Shown: positions 40,780-54,330, counted from the first letter of the stretch. The stretch is 64,000 bases of DNA from Octopus bimaculoides (GCF_001194135.2 NC_068997.1:3193859-3257858); one strand, 5' to 3'. Numbers and translations: made by a program. Notes: generated by a model from the sequence alone, not told the origin.

Positions 40780-42852
40780 TCCACACACACACATATACAT
40801 ACGTATTCATATGTAATTTTCTACATACATTTGTACGTATGTATCTGATACATAGACACGCGCGCGCTCGCACACAGACACACAAGCACAAACACGCACG
40901 CGTGTACAAAATCAAGGAGACAAAAGGCGAATGGCAATCGTGACATTTTATGTTTACAAACGGGGTAAAAACTTACTTGCTACATACAAAGTATTCTATA
41001 TATTTTGTTAGAAGTTGAGATTTCTTGAATCACAACAATGGTTTTCACGTCACCGTTCATGCACACGATTCAAGTAGGGACAAAGTGTAGTAGTATACAA
41101 AGTAAAATATTCAGAAACTCTTCGAGCTATAATTGACTGCTAACTAAAAATAAACTAAAACAAATATCCCACGCATTTATCTCCTCATTGCTATGTTAGA
41201 AACAAGCCGAATTATCAATTTATGAGCCAAAAATATATTTACATGTCTTCCTCTCCTTTGCTATGTGTACAACACTCACTTAACCAAGGGAAAGTGAAAT
41301 TTTATTACTGATGAGTATATAAAAGGTTTTACGAAATAATAATTTTCCGGCATAGTAAATTCTTTATGTAGGAAGTAAATTATTTTAGCCAGCTCTTTGT
41401 TGGAAAATTTTCAATAATAAGCGAAGGAAGGATCTACTGGAATTCACCAATTCTAATCATTTGTGTAAAATTGTAAGTTGCTGCAACAGAACGTTACGTT
41501 TTCCCGAGAAAGAGATAGCACGATCTGGAATAATCACTGTAGGGTAAGGCCAGAGTTGTAAAATAAAGCAACCAATCGTCAGATGTATTTGGATAGTGAC
41601 GTTGTAAAACACCTTTTTGAGATTCGGTATATTTACATATGTTGAGGTACTATTTTTAGAAGGCTTTTTTAGTAAGTTTCTTCTTATTTAAATCACTGGA
41701 TCAAATTTAGAGCGGGAAGTAAGGTGATGGACCCATTCCTGCTAATTTGCGTAGAAAAGCTACCTTTGTTGTATATTTGTGGCTTAAAGAATGTTTGGAA
41801 ATAAGAGAGTGGAATAGAAAATTTAAGAAACACAAAAATATCAACCGTTGCTTTTTTTTTTTAAGCAAAGCTAAATGTTTCTGAATTCAAATGGTGCACA
41901 GCAGTTTCTGCTAGTCTGCCAAAGTAGCCATTCTACAGAGAAAGTGCCCTCTCTACACGGTTGATGTAGCAAAGTAGTGTAAAGAATAACCAAAATCTAG
42001 TACTCCCTGATGGTGCTGGTACATAACGTCTATCGAGCATCTTCACTAAACATTGGTCAAGATACAACTATAATAACAGTGCTTCCTGCCATACTTTCCT
42101 AAGAGAAGCACAGTAGCAACCCGCGAGTTGATCAGTAGAAAGAGACTGGATCGGTAGCTCTCTCGCCCTAGTCCTTTCCTGGGAAGATACGTGTCTTCAA
42201 TTTGAAACTCCACATGTCAACAACATATGAACCCTACCCAGCTGCTCCGTCAACAATATGGACAAGTTTATCGCTCTATCGGGGGAGAACTACATAGCAT
42301 GCAATGACTGTGGTAGAGATCTCACGTCATCGTTTGTTAACGGAACTTCAACACAGTCGCAACACATTCTGTCCTAAGTAAAGTGCCTTCCACTCGATAA
42401 TCTATATTTGCATGCATGCGTGTATTCATGTATGTATGTGTCTATCTATCAATCTGTCTATATATTCATATACTTATGTGTATCTGTACATGTATGAATG
42501 TATATGTATGTATGTACATACATATATATANNNNNNNNNNNNNNNNNNNNNNNNNNNNNNNNNNNNNNNNNNNNNNNNNNNNNNNNNNNNNNNNNNNNNN
42601 NNNNNNNNNNNNNNNNNNNNNNNNNNNNNNNNNNNNNNNNNNNNNNNNNNNNNNNNNNNNNNNNNNNNNNNNNNNNNNNNNNNNNNNNNNNNNNNNNNNN
42701 NNNNNNNNNNNNNNNNNNNNNNNNNNNNNNNNNNNNNNNNNNNNNNNNNNNNNNNNNNNNNNNNNNNNNNNNNNNNNNNNNNNNNNNNNNNNNNNNNNNN
42801 NNNNNNNNNNNNNNNNNNNNNNNNNNNNNNNNNNNNNNNNNNNNNNNNNNNN

Positions 42853-42905
<53 letters not shown>

Positions 42906-43930
42906 TGTGTGTCTGGTATGCGATGACAACACACTTGAGATACCACTTTATGACCACAAATCAATCGCTAATGTTGTGTTTGATCAGCTACATGGAACAC
43001 AGAAATCGTTTTGTATCGATTCGAGTAGCCATGAGTGTTAATTACATTAAATTATTATCGATTTCTGTGACCAATCGTTGTTGTTCAATGGAAAGTACTT
43101 CACCACTACACATACTCGCTGACCCCTGACCTCAAACTTCATAGAGTTATCTACATTTAGACACACCCAGAAAGACTAATATTGTATACACACACGTACT
43201 TACGAATAGGTATAGTTATACACACATGTACTCATTAATACAACAAACATATACACTTTAACGCACCTCCACACAAATACTCGAAAACACACGTGTGCAT
43301 ATATACATAGGCTGTTACTTGATTTTGCCAGTCACTCACGCAAACACCAAATTTCCTCCAAAACTGCAATTCCCAAGACAAGATCGCTGGAAAATCAGAC
43401 GAGCAGAAACTGCAGAGCTCCATTTGATTCAGAAATGTTTAGCTTTGCCTCAAAAATCACTGGTTAATATTTTTAAGTCACCTAAATTTTATATTCTACT
43501 CTCTTATTTCGAAATATACATTTAAATCGCAATATTAAATAAAAGTGGAAAATAATTTTTAAATTTAAAAGATTATTTGAATTTGCTTGGAGTATTGCAA
43601 TGTGTAAATGATATGAGCAATACTGTATATCCTATCTTATACATGAAATGGTGTTATGGGAGAATCCTGAATACCCCTCGTGATTGAAGGTGGACTAACC
43701 GATTGCAATAAATAAGAACTGAGTGAACTGCCAGGGGGTAGAGTTGACAGCGTTTTTTTCCTGATTCCGTTTCATCATTTTTGATCCCTGTTAGATGTGA
43801 ATCACATCGTTAATTATGCTTTGAAGGTCTCCTATAAGGGTGAACCTAATTGTTGAACCTCATTGTTAAATTGTTGAATTGTTAGTTACTGTTTTTTGCT
43901 GTGATTTTATAATTGTTTTCTTCCGCATTT

Positions 43931-45007
43931 ATGGGTGAAGTAGAAGAAAAAACAAGAATGGAGTGCGAACCAGTTCCAGCCGGCAGCTATGCCTCACCCA
44001 CTGGAAGAAGTTTAACCGCAGACGTATTACAAGTTCGAGAGGTGAAAATGAAGCAAGGGAAGTTGAAGGAGTTCAACACACTTATCAGAAAGAGTGGAAC
44101 CAGTTTGAGGTTGGCACCGCCGGAAAATTTGACAACTAGTTTAATGAAGCGGGCTGTGGTATATAGAACGCTGTCCATGAGAACGAAAAAAAAATAGAAG
44201 TAGCTACGGTGGAAGCCATAGAAGAGTGTTTGAAGGAGATGAAAAGCCTCACGACATTCTGCACCAGAGGGCACAGTGGAGGTAAGGTTCGCTAGCAAAC
44301 AAGAAGCAATAAACCACTCCACCGTGACGCTAAGGGCACCAGAGTGGGTACTTCTGCCGACTTACTGTGGCAAATGAGTGGCCTGGGTAAGGATTGGCAG
44401 AGTACCCCTGGAGATTGAGGAGGTGTGGCTGGTAGCAGCCAGTATGTATAATATGGAGGAAAACGCAAAAGTCTTAAAAGTAACAAGGACGAAAGAATTG
44501 AAGTGTTGGGGATACGGCCTCGGGATGGCTTTCCAGGTAAGTTTACAAGACTTGCACAAGGTAGCGGAGGAGGTGATACTGCCAGTGGATGTGAAATTGA
44601 GAGTGGTGGTGGAGGGAAGATCTCCAACCTGTTACCAGTGTGGAGTAAGGGGACACATGAAAGCAAGGTATTCCCAGAAAGACGATAAATGTATAAAGGA
44701 ACTGAAGCAGCAGCGTGCCGAGCGGGAGCAGAGTGACGAAGTGACGATCCTAATGAATGATAAGGGTTTGGAGAGGGCGGAGGAGGAGCGTACGGTGGTA
44801 GATGGGAAACGGCAAGGTGCTGAGTGGGAGCAGAGTGACGAAGAGATGACCCCAGTAAGTGAGAAGTGTTCGGAGAATGTGGAATATACGGTGGAAAATA
44901 GGAAAAAGAAAATGCAGGAAAACGTAGACACACCGCCAAAGATTCCACTAAATAAAAGGAAGGAAAATAAACGGGAAGATGCACATCAGGAGATTCCAAC
45001 AACATAA
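43931..45007 (+). mobile_element. Decayed non-LTR ORF1 (L1/Tx1-like: RRM-like region plus zinc knuckle)
   Basis: Two frameshifts and one stop (TGA 44375-44377); GTVEVRFASKQEA, VRIGRVP, LRVVVEGRSPTCYQCGVRGHMKARY (CX2CX4HX4C with the last C changed to Y), charged C-terminal tail. Confidence 0.75.
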
Positions 45008-46514
45008 ACAAGGGAAGCCAATGTGGAAAATAAAGTGAGACTACAAGAACAAGTAACTAATAAAGAACCGGGAAATAAATGTCACATGGTGACATATTCG
45101 AAAAGCACGGAGATTGCAAAAGAAAACAACTAAAATGAAGTCAGTAATAAGAGTGAAGCTAACGACAGAATAATATCCAGAGAGTCCCAATGCAATTGTA
45201 ATTGAGAGAGAGAGAGAGAGAGATGTGCGATACTGAGAGAGATGTGCGAAACTGAGAGAGTTGTTCGAACATAGGATATACTCAGCGGGAGTTCACGTGG
45301 AGTTCGAAGACTTGCTGCCAGTAATAGATTATGAGGACCTACTGCCTTTCATAAAATGGTAAAAAAATGTAAGTAAATGTTTGAAATTCTAATAGCTGTA
45401 AAACATGCAAAAAGGGAAAAAAAGATAAAAAAGAAAATGATATAAAAAAACCATTGAACTAAAACAGTCAAATGATACTGCTTGCGAGTGGGGAGCATGT
45501 AGCCATTTCATCTTCATTTATTATTGTTCTTTCTTCATTTGTTCGTTCTGCGTTTTTTGTCCCCACTGTCGTGTTCTGTCTGTCCTTGTACTGTCCCATC
45601 TACGAATAAGCCTGAGTGCTTAAATAAGGAAAATAGTTGACGGTGTTAGTTCGACCGTGTTCGTTTACCGTCTTAGTTCGACATATCTGGGTCTAATAGT
45701 CGGTACGTTGGTTCAACAGGATACTGAGTATCGTACCTACGTTCGAGTAATACAGAGTGCGTTCTGTGTTAACATATATGTCTGCGATAGGCTATTTTTA
45801 GATAGTCTCAACCAACTATTTATTTGTGTAATACCATTTTATACCAGACGTATATACCCACGTCATAACATAAGTGGAAGCTTTCCCGAAATATAATAGA
45901 AGATTTAAACAATCTATGTATTAATAGAACGATATAATATCATGTCATTGCTTTATTTACAATCATCATCTCATATATTTTGGCAACTGCATTGCTTAAA
46001 TGACATTTGTAAAATATATTAATGAAACAGTTTGCTGTACTAAGCCCCTCAATGACACAGCATTGACGGCATTCAAACTATCTATTTAACTGCAAACATT
46101 ACAACATTTCGATTTTCTCACCACATCGATTAAAAATCCACGCCAACACGCCACACATAAAGATTTGCTCGCGCGTAAGCACATAAACACATATGAGTAC
46201 TATTTTCAGGTGTTTTACTTCTGTTGTATATTTAGATATTCGCCGTTTCTGTAAATGTTCTAATTTCGCCTCAAACATTTATTGAGTATACTCAATAGGA
46301 AAATAGGCTTCCAAAGAATGGGGAACTTTTGTGCTCCACTGGTTTATGTCATAGGTCCTATAAATATCCCGTGAATCTTTTCTGGTAAACATTCCTCTTC
46401 TCTCAAAATATCTATCAGGAAATTGATTTACCGCATCCAAAACAAATTCCCTGATTGCATGTCGATCTGGTATAACCAACATTATTAGTGGTTTATATAT
46501 GGATATACACATAC

Positions 46515-46558
<44 letters not shown>

Positions 46559-46657
46559 GCTGCGGGCCGTTGCCTATAATTGCTGCTGAAGGTATATATC
46601 CTGAAATACAGGTTTCAAGAATGGCACTGGTAACGGAGAGAAATAAATATTTTCAAC

Positions 46658-46918
46658 GGCGTGGCTGTGTGGCAAACAAGCTTGCTTCTCTACTACATGG
46701 TTCTGGGTTCAGTCCCAATGCGTGGCACGCTGGGCAACTGTCTTCTACTATTACCTCGTGTCGAATAATGCCTTGTGAGTGGATTGGCTAAACGGAAAAT
46801 AAAAGATGCCCGTCGTGGGTGTGTGTGTGTGTGTGCGAGTGTATGTACGTGTGTGCGTGTGTTTGTTCCTCATAGCCACTTGACAAACGGTGATGGTTTG
46901 TTCACATCCCCGTAATTT
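46658..46918 (+). mobile_element. SINE family B, 3'-truncated
   Basis: GGCGTGGCTGTGTGG..GGTTCAGTCCC..GGCACGCTGGGCAACTGTCTTCTACTA, (TG)n, then the start of the 3' module. Confidence 0.8.
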
Positions 46919-47101
46919 ATATATATATATCTTAGAATTGTATTCTATTCAATTATATTGTGTAGAATATGAATTGTGTTGCCAGTATTGTAGTTTTTTG
47001 TATTTCGTCTATCATGACTTCAAATCTGGTGCCGTGCTTATGGTTTAGGTCACATGACAGTAATGATAGTGGCGACAACAATAAGGACAGAAACAGCAAG
47101 G

Positions 47102-47205
47102 AGAAGAAGAAGAAGAAGAAGAAGAAGAAGAAGAAGAAGAAGAAGAAGAAGAAGAAGAAGAAGAAGAAGAAGAAGAAGAAGAAGAAGAAGAAGAAGAAGA
47201 AGAAG
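47102..47205. repeat. (AAG)n microsatellite
   Basis: Read directly from the sequence. Confidence 0.95.
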
Positions 47206-47639
47206 GAGTGGATGTGGAAGGGGAAAGAGGCCGGAGGAGGAAGACTAAATCTCCAAGTCTTAGAGAATAGCGAAACATGGAAAGACAACAAAAGGAAACT
47301 TTGGAGCACTTTTCTTCGAGTAAAATAGTGGAATCACCAATACCCATGGAAACAATTTGGTAAAGAACTAATAATTTACAGAACAATGTGTGCAGAACAA
47401 ATATAGGGGCAAGAATTATATACCTGAAATGGTGGGTGTCAATCGCAAGAGATGATTTGGTACGACTGTCACACAGCGCTAAATTATTCTGACACCCCTA
47501 AGTCATATGTCTTCCCTTGCTTCATGTTATTAGCATATGCTTTTGCTTGTTTAATGGAGTTACTAAATAAGTTGATGTCCGATTTCTAATTGAAAATGTT
47601 CCAAGGCGATTTCAAAGGAAATACATCAAAAAGACTAAG

Positions 47640-50007
47640 GTCATACTAATATCAGATTGGTATTAAACTAATATCATGCTATATCATAGCAGATAAACAA
47701 GGTGAACAGAATGAGAAGGCAAATGGAGGAGAATTTATGCTCTAGGTAGAGAAGAAAGAAGCGGATAGATACTGAAAATATAGGAGATACTAATTTATTG
47801 ATCTATGCATGAGGTGTAGTAGTCACCATAAGATTAGACATCTCAGGAGAAAGATTTAAAAAAGAGCAAATATGGAAAAGGAGCCTACAAAATACAGTGA
47901 AGACTTTAAGACAAGATCTGAGTAAAATAGAAGCCTGAAAAACAAACAAGTTAGGAAACGCAAAATGCAAATCTTCCTTCGAGAAATGATACTTAGTCAA
48001 AGAGAAAGGGTTTGAGACAGTAATAGAAGAGTTGAAGCAGCGTATCACAGAAGTAGCAAGCAAAGTCTCCCGATATCAGAAAAGAATAGATCAGTATCAA
48101 CAGAATAGATTATTTGAGACAGACCAGGGGAGATTTTATAACCAAATAAATAGTGGAGAACAATGTACTGAAGATGAGAAACCTAATGCAGAAGAAGCTA
48201 GAAAGTTCTGGAATGATTTTTGGGATAAGCCGGTCAATCATAATGGAGATGCAGTATGGTTAAAGAAAGAGAGGGAAAAAGTAGTGAGTGAGAAGCAGCC
48301 AGACCAAAATTAACAAGCACATTAATGAGTAAACTGTTATAAAAAATGCCGAATTGGAAGCGCCCAAGACTAGATTTATTTCAAGGGTACTGGCTAAAGA
48401 AATTCAATAGTTTACATGAGAGGATGAGGGAACAATTTCAGAATTGCCTTAATGGAGGAATAATACCAGATTGGATGATTCGAGGGAGGACAATACTCAT
48501 TACGGAAGATAAGAGCAAAGGTAATACAGCTAGCACCTATAGACCAATCACTTGCTTGCCATTAGTGTGGAAGCTGTTAACAGGAATGCTTTCAGAATTT
48601 ACTACCAGAAGAATCGAAAGGTTGCAGGAAGAAGGCTAGAGGAACGCATGGTCCATTAGTATTAAGGGAGGCAAATGCAGGGTATCAGTTCAGAAATTGT
48701 AAGGATAGTAACCATTTGCTATACATGGCTGATCTGAAGCTTTTTAGTGAGAATGAAAAAGAGATAGATTCCTTAATACAGACTGTAAGACACTTCAGCA
48801 AAGAACTCCGCTTATGCTCCAATCGAAGCTAAATGGCCGCTATAAGATTAGAGCAATTAACATGTGGATGGTTGCTTTGATGAGATATGGGGCAGGAATA
48901 GTATCTTGAAAGAAGAATGAACACAAGAGATAGACCGGAGAACACTTAAATTTAATGACAATGAATAAGGAACTACATCCCAAGTGTGACGGGATTGGTG
49001 TGCTATGAAGATTGTGTAACGGAAGAGGAGAATCGCCTGGCTTGGTATATCAAGGGGAGTAAAGAAGAAATTATTAAAGCTGTGAAAATGCAGGAAACCT
49101 TAAAAGTAAACGAAGCCGTAGATCCAACATGAGAGGCAAATGAAGAAAATTTGGCAGGACAAGAAAATGCACAGTCAGTTCTTGAAGTATAAAGATGGGA
49201 TTGATTGGAATAGACCTGGCAATGGCTGCAGAAGTGAGACTTAAAAGGGCCTGCTGAGGCATTAGTGTGCAGTGCTCAAGAACAAGCTCTCACAACAAAC
49301 TACTCCAAATATCACCTTGATAAGAGCACTAACTCACCACAGTGTCGGATGTGCTCTCAGAAGGGAGAAAGTATAAGCCATATTGTTAAAGATTGCTGTA
49401 AGCTCGCATAACGCGAATACAGAAGGAGACATGACAATGTGGCCAGATATGTCCACTGGCTGTTGTACGGTAAAGCAAGCCTCTAGAGATCTGAACAATG
49501 GTATGAACACAAGCCAGAGGGAGTAATGGAAAACGAACATTACAAAATACTCTGGGACTTTAACATACAGTGCGATCAAGTCAGTAAGGCGAGGCGGCCA
49601 GATATCGTGATCAACCATAAAGATGAAAAAGAAGCAAAGATAATAGATGCAATACCAGGCGATCCGAGGGTGAAATGTAAGGAAAGAGAAAAGTGTAAGA
49701 AATACCAGCCACCGTGGGACAAAATAGGAAAGTTAATGAGGCATGAGTAAAGTAATGGTGATACCGGTGGTAAATGGAGCATTAGGAGCAGTTTCCAAGG
49801 GCTTTGAAAAGTATATTAAAAATATTGGAGCTGCTGTCAGGCTCGAAGTGATCCAGAAGACAGCATTGTTGGGTACAGCTCATGTTCTAAAGAGAGTATT
49901 GCTTCTTTGAGTGACAGGAAAATACACTACTTGAAACCTTTGGTGAATTGTTATCGTCTGCTTTCAAGTAAAGAACAATCGGAAATTAGGAATTATCCGA
50001 GAGTTTT
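47640..50007 (+). mobile_element. R4/Dong-type (RLE) non-LTR retrotransposon, decayed with internal deletions
   Basis: TNLLIYA..ELKQRI..QQNRLF; MPNWKRP..QGYWLKKF; YRPITCLPLVWKLLTG; HLLYMADLKL (YMDD-like); CRMCSQKGESISHIVKDC knuckle; KILWDFNIQCD..RRPDIV restriction-like endonuclease; QKTALLGTAHVLKRVL*; ends at (TAA)n. Confidence 0.92.
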
Positions 50008-50155
50008 TAATAATAATAATGATAATAATAATAACAACAACAACAACAACAAAGAAGAAGAAGAAGAAGAAGAAGAAGAAGAAGAAGAAGAAGAAGAAGA
50101 AGAAGAAGAAGAAGAAGAAGAAGAAGAAGAAGAAGAAGAAGAAGAGGAGGAAGAC
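50008..50155. repeat. (TAA)n(CAA)n(GAA)n compound microsatellite between two LINE pieces
   Basis: Read directly from the sequence. Confidence 0.95.
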
Positions 50156-51607
50156 TAGTTAAGAATAGCAACAGCACACTAGATAAAGCAAATGAAATAA
50201 GAGAATTAGACCAAAAGCTGACATGCAAATACTTAGGAATCAATGAACTAGATAGGATGCAGCACACACAACTGAAAGGGAAAATCAAAAAAGAAAAGTA
50301 TAGACGAGTTAGATTAATACTGAAAACAGCTCAATGCGGAAAACAAGATAATAGGTATCAACACTCTAGCCGTCCCAGTTATAAGTTACGGCTACAATAT
50401 TCTTAACTGGATTCTAAATGAACTAATCAAAATAGACAGGAAATCAAGGAAAATAATGACTGGATTTAGGATACACTGACTGGGAAACGTTATATATGCA
50501 ACGTATAGAAGGTGGTAGAGGCCTTATACATAGGATTACAAAAATATCTATTTCAGAAACAAAGAAAACTATTATAAATAACCACAAAATATGAACAAAA
50601 CAAAAAAAAACTGTTTTCAGTCTTTAAGGAAGCTATCAAATACAAACAAGAAGTCATACTACCTAACAACTGTGAAGAAAAAGGAGAAACAACAAAAGCT
50701 GTAAAACAACTGAAATTCAAACTAAAACTGGAACAGCAACGCATCATGATAAAGCGATGGCAAAAAAAGCCCCTTCAAGGCAAATACTGGGTTAAAATAA
50801 ACGCAAAACAAATAAACAAAACACAATCCTAACAATGGCTGAAAAGCTCAAGATTCAAAGCAGTGATTGAAGGATTTTTAATTGCAGCATAAGACCAAAG
50901 CCTCCCTACCAGAATTTACCAAAAAGATATAATGAAAAGAAACATAACAACTGCAGAATATGTGGAGATGGAGAAAAAACAATAAACAATATTGTCTCTG
51001 GCTGCTCAGTCCTGGCTAAGAAGAAAAATATTCACAGGCATGACAGAGTTGGGACCTATATATACTGGTGTCTATACCAATACTATGGAATATCAACAGA
51101 AAAAGTTGGTATAGGCACGCGCCACAAAAGGTCACAGAAAGCAACAATACTATGGGATATGCCAATGTACACAGATAAAGAAATTAAGGCCAAAAGGCCG
51201 GATATAGCTGTCAGAGATCATCAAGAAAAATGCTTTCTAATCGATGTATCAATACCAGCAGATGACAACGTTTTTCTAAAAGAAATGGAGAAACTTTCAA
51301 AATACAAAAACCTGGAAAAAGAGGTAACTCGAATGTGGAATCTAAAAACAGAAACAATTCCTATCATAATAGGCGCATTAGATATGAGGAAAAAAATGTC
51401 CAGACAAATACATAACAAAAACACCAGAACTAACAAATATATATATAACATGCAGAAAATAGCACTACTAGGCACCGCACACATCCTACGTAAAACACTT
51501 TCAATACAGTGACCATAAAGAGCATCACAACAAACCACAGCACATACCCAAGACACACAGAGCTGCGCTCAGTAGTGAAGTGAAAGCACGTGATAAAAAT
51601 ATGACTA

Positions 51608-51610
<3 letters not shown>
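50156..51610 (+). mobile_element. Second R4/Dong-type element, 5'-truncated, different subfamily
   Basis: CKYLGI thumb region, CRICGDGEKTINNIVSGC knuckle, ILWDMPMYTDKEIKAKRPDIAV..LIDVSIP..KYKNLEKE..QKIALLGTAHILRKTL*; 3'UTR then (AAT)n. Confidence 0.92.
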
Positions 51611-51681
<71 letters not shown>

Positions 51682-51692
51682 CAACAACAACA
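51611..51692. repeat. (AAT)n(AAC)n microsatellite
   Basis: Read directly from the sequence. Confidence 0.95.
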
Positions 51693-52489
51693 AAGGAAGT
51701 AAGAGGGGAGGTGGCAGTTGAAGAGGGGAAGAGGATGTGGGGGAGGAGGACTAAATCTACAAGTCTTGAGAAAAAGCGAAACATGGGAAAGCAACAAGGA
51801 AACTTTGGTGCACATTACATCGAGTAAAAAGGATGGAATCAATAATACCCATGGAAACAAAGAGTTAATAATATACAGAACAAAAAATAGGGGCAATATA
51901 AGGGTCCCGAAATGGTGGGGTCAGTCACAAGAGGTGGTACTCTGCGTTCTGACGATTCTGCCAGCTCGCTGTCTTATTCACGACAACATTGTTAAGCACA
52001 ATAAATATATTGTCTTCAAAGAAACAAATATTTAGGATTCTAAGACTGAAGGAATTTTCAGCGTAGCACAAGATGAAGGCCAAAGGATTTAAAGAATGTG
52101 AATAAAGCAACTGTAAAATGTTTGAAGATTTGGAACAGAACGAAACCGCATTAGTCCTAAATGTCCAGTTTTAACTAAGAAAGTTACATCTTAAATCCTA
52201 GTCAAGCTGGAAGTCACGTGAGCATTATGAAATGCCAACAACAAGTGGTGGTATGCTTCTACATCATAAGGTGTCTCAAAGATTGCGAAAAGTGATCATA
52301 ATTTGGGATATACCAACAGATACTGGCAAAGAGGTCGAATCATAAAGATTATATTTTCTTATTCGAATCATCAGCCACAACTGATCGTAACGTATCTATA
52401 AACGAAATTGAATGTGTAGGTTGAAAGCAGAAACCAAAATTGTAATAATCCTTTCTATTATAGACACAAGGCATGAACTTTTGGGTATG

Positions 52490-52685
52490 GGAAGATATCG
52501 ATTACATCGACCCCAGTACTCAACTGGTATTTATTTCATTGACCCAATGCTCAACTGTTATTTATTTTGTTGGCCCTAAAGGACGTTAGGCAAGTTTGAC
52601 CTCGGAGTGAAGACGGACGAAATTCCACTAAGGATTTTGTCCGGCGCGCTAAAGATTCTGCCAATTCGCCGCCTTGTCAAACCTA
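52490..52685 (-). mobile_element. SINE family A
   Basis: TCGATTACATCGACCCCAGTACTCAACTGGTATTTATT..GCGCGCTAAAGATTCTGCCAATTCGCCGCC. Confidence 0.78.
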
Positions 52686-53356
52686 ATAACAAATGCTATT
52701 TATATGATGAAAACGAAAACAAAGCATGCAGACAAGCCTTGGGATTTATATATGAGCGCAACATAGAGAAAGTAGTAATACTAGGAGGTGTACATATGAT
52801 ACACAGAGTATTTTGAATACAATACAACTAACGAAACAAAAACAATACAAATCCTAAATATATGACCCACAGAGCTGCAGTCGATAGTACATTGAAAGCA
52901 TGCAATATCAATTAGACTACTGACTAATTATATTGAAATAACTATTTTATTAATTATATTATTAATAATAGAGAGGAAATAACAAAATGGCTGATGCTAG
53001 AAATAATTTTAATAAGTTTGTCACGAATTGTCAATTATCGTCTCTGTAGTTGTCGCTAGCTGTGAGGTATCAGTAAATATATTTTGTAGACTACTTGATC
53101 GACGAGACGAAACTTCGAAGTAAAGTAAATACATTTGTTGTTAAATCGGCAGAAACCAATTTTGTATGCATGCGATGTACTACATGTGTTCATGTATGTA
53201 AATGCATATAAGTATAGATATAATGTGTGTGTGTGTGTACAGACATACATGCATATGTATATACATATACATATACATACACATGTATGTATATGTATAT
53301 ATAGATATGTATATGTATAAATATGTATATGTATAAATATATAAATATGCATATGC

Positions 53357-53407
<51 letters not shown>

Positions 53408-53924
53408 CATATATGTGTGTGTGTGTGTGTGTATGTGTTTGTGTGTGTGTATTGACGGAGAGGCGATAAGAGAAAAATTTTTGAAAATATTCCACACAAA
53501 TAACGAGATACAAAAAGAAACAATAAAGAAGAAAAAGTGGATAATCTCTTTTCAATAAATTATTCCAATGTATATTATTACTATCAAATTGTTTCAAAAT
53601 ACATAATTACGTATTCCCAAATACTTTTTTACAAACCGGTTTCTCTTCCAGTGATCGGTAGTCATTGAAATATATGAATAATGTCTTGCTGTTAGTTAAG
53701 TTAGACTTTTGTGCGTCAAGCGGAAATGATTTTGTTATAGATACACCAAGTTACAAAGAATTCAACGCTATGTATTTTAAATAACTTAAATTTGATGTAA
53801 ATATATTAGGTAATACTGAAGTAAACTTAATGTACTTTCCATATTCAAAGGGGGCTAGACAAATATATTTTCACAAAGGTTGAAATCTAAATTAAAAATA
53901 GATATCAGTTAATCATATATATAT

Positions 53925-54330
53925 AGATATAAACATGATTTAAATTTTCAATAAAAATATTTCTTTATAAATTCTCAGTGACTTTATTGTATCCTCCACT
54001 AAATTTGGCTGCCTGATCTAAATGTTTGCACACCAATTTAAATGTTTGCTGAGTGGAATTTTTCCTGTATAGGTCGCGAATGATTTTACCGGTGAACCTT
54101 CATGGCCAATGTAATTTTCACCAAATCCTCAGCGAATTATCATGTAATTGGATTTTCCAGGCAAGTATGGAAAATTATACATTAAAATTTTGTCCTTATT
54201 TGAAATGATACTCTGAATCTTGGAATATATGAATACAAATTACACAATTTGATCTTCCACACATATATCCCGTATTATAAGTGGCATTTGATGAAAGTAT
54301 TTCTTTAGAATAATGGTGCTAATTTTGTGT
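53925..54330 (-). mobile_element. Decayed Penelope-like GIY-YIG remnant
   Basis: Manual translation CGRSNCVICIHIFQDSEYHFK*GQNFNV, then GFGENYIGHEG; matches CGRPNCRIC..QYIGHT in the 9222 copy. Confidence 0.75.

Noticed and set aside
41302-41345. CTGATGA-GTA...TAC-GAAA hammerhead-like motif
   Set aside because: The flanks TTATTA/TAATAA pair directly with no stem III or cleavage triplet, so the topology does not close.
44292-45011. 239-aa minus-strand ORF
   Set aside because: Antisense shadow of the purine-rich ORF1; low-complexity S/P/L composition with no motif.
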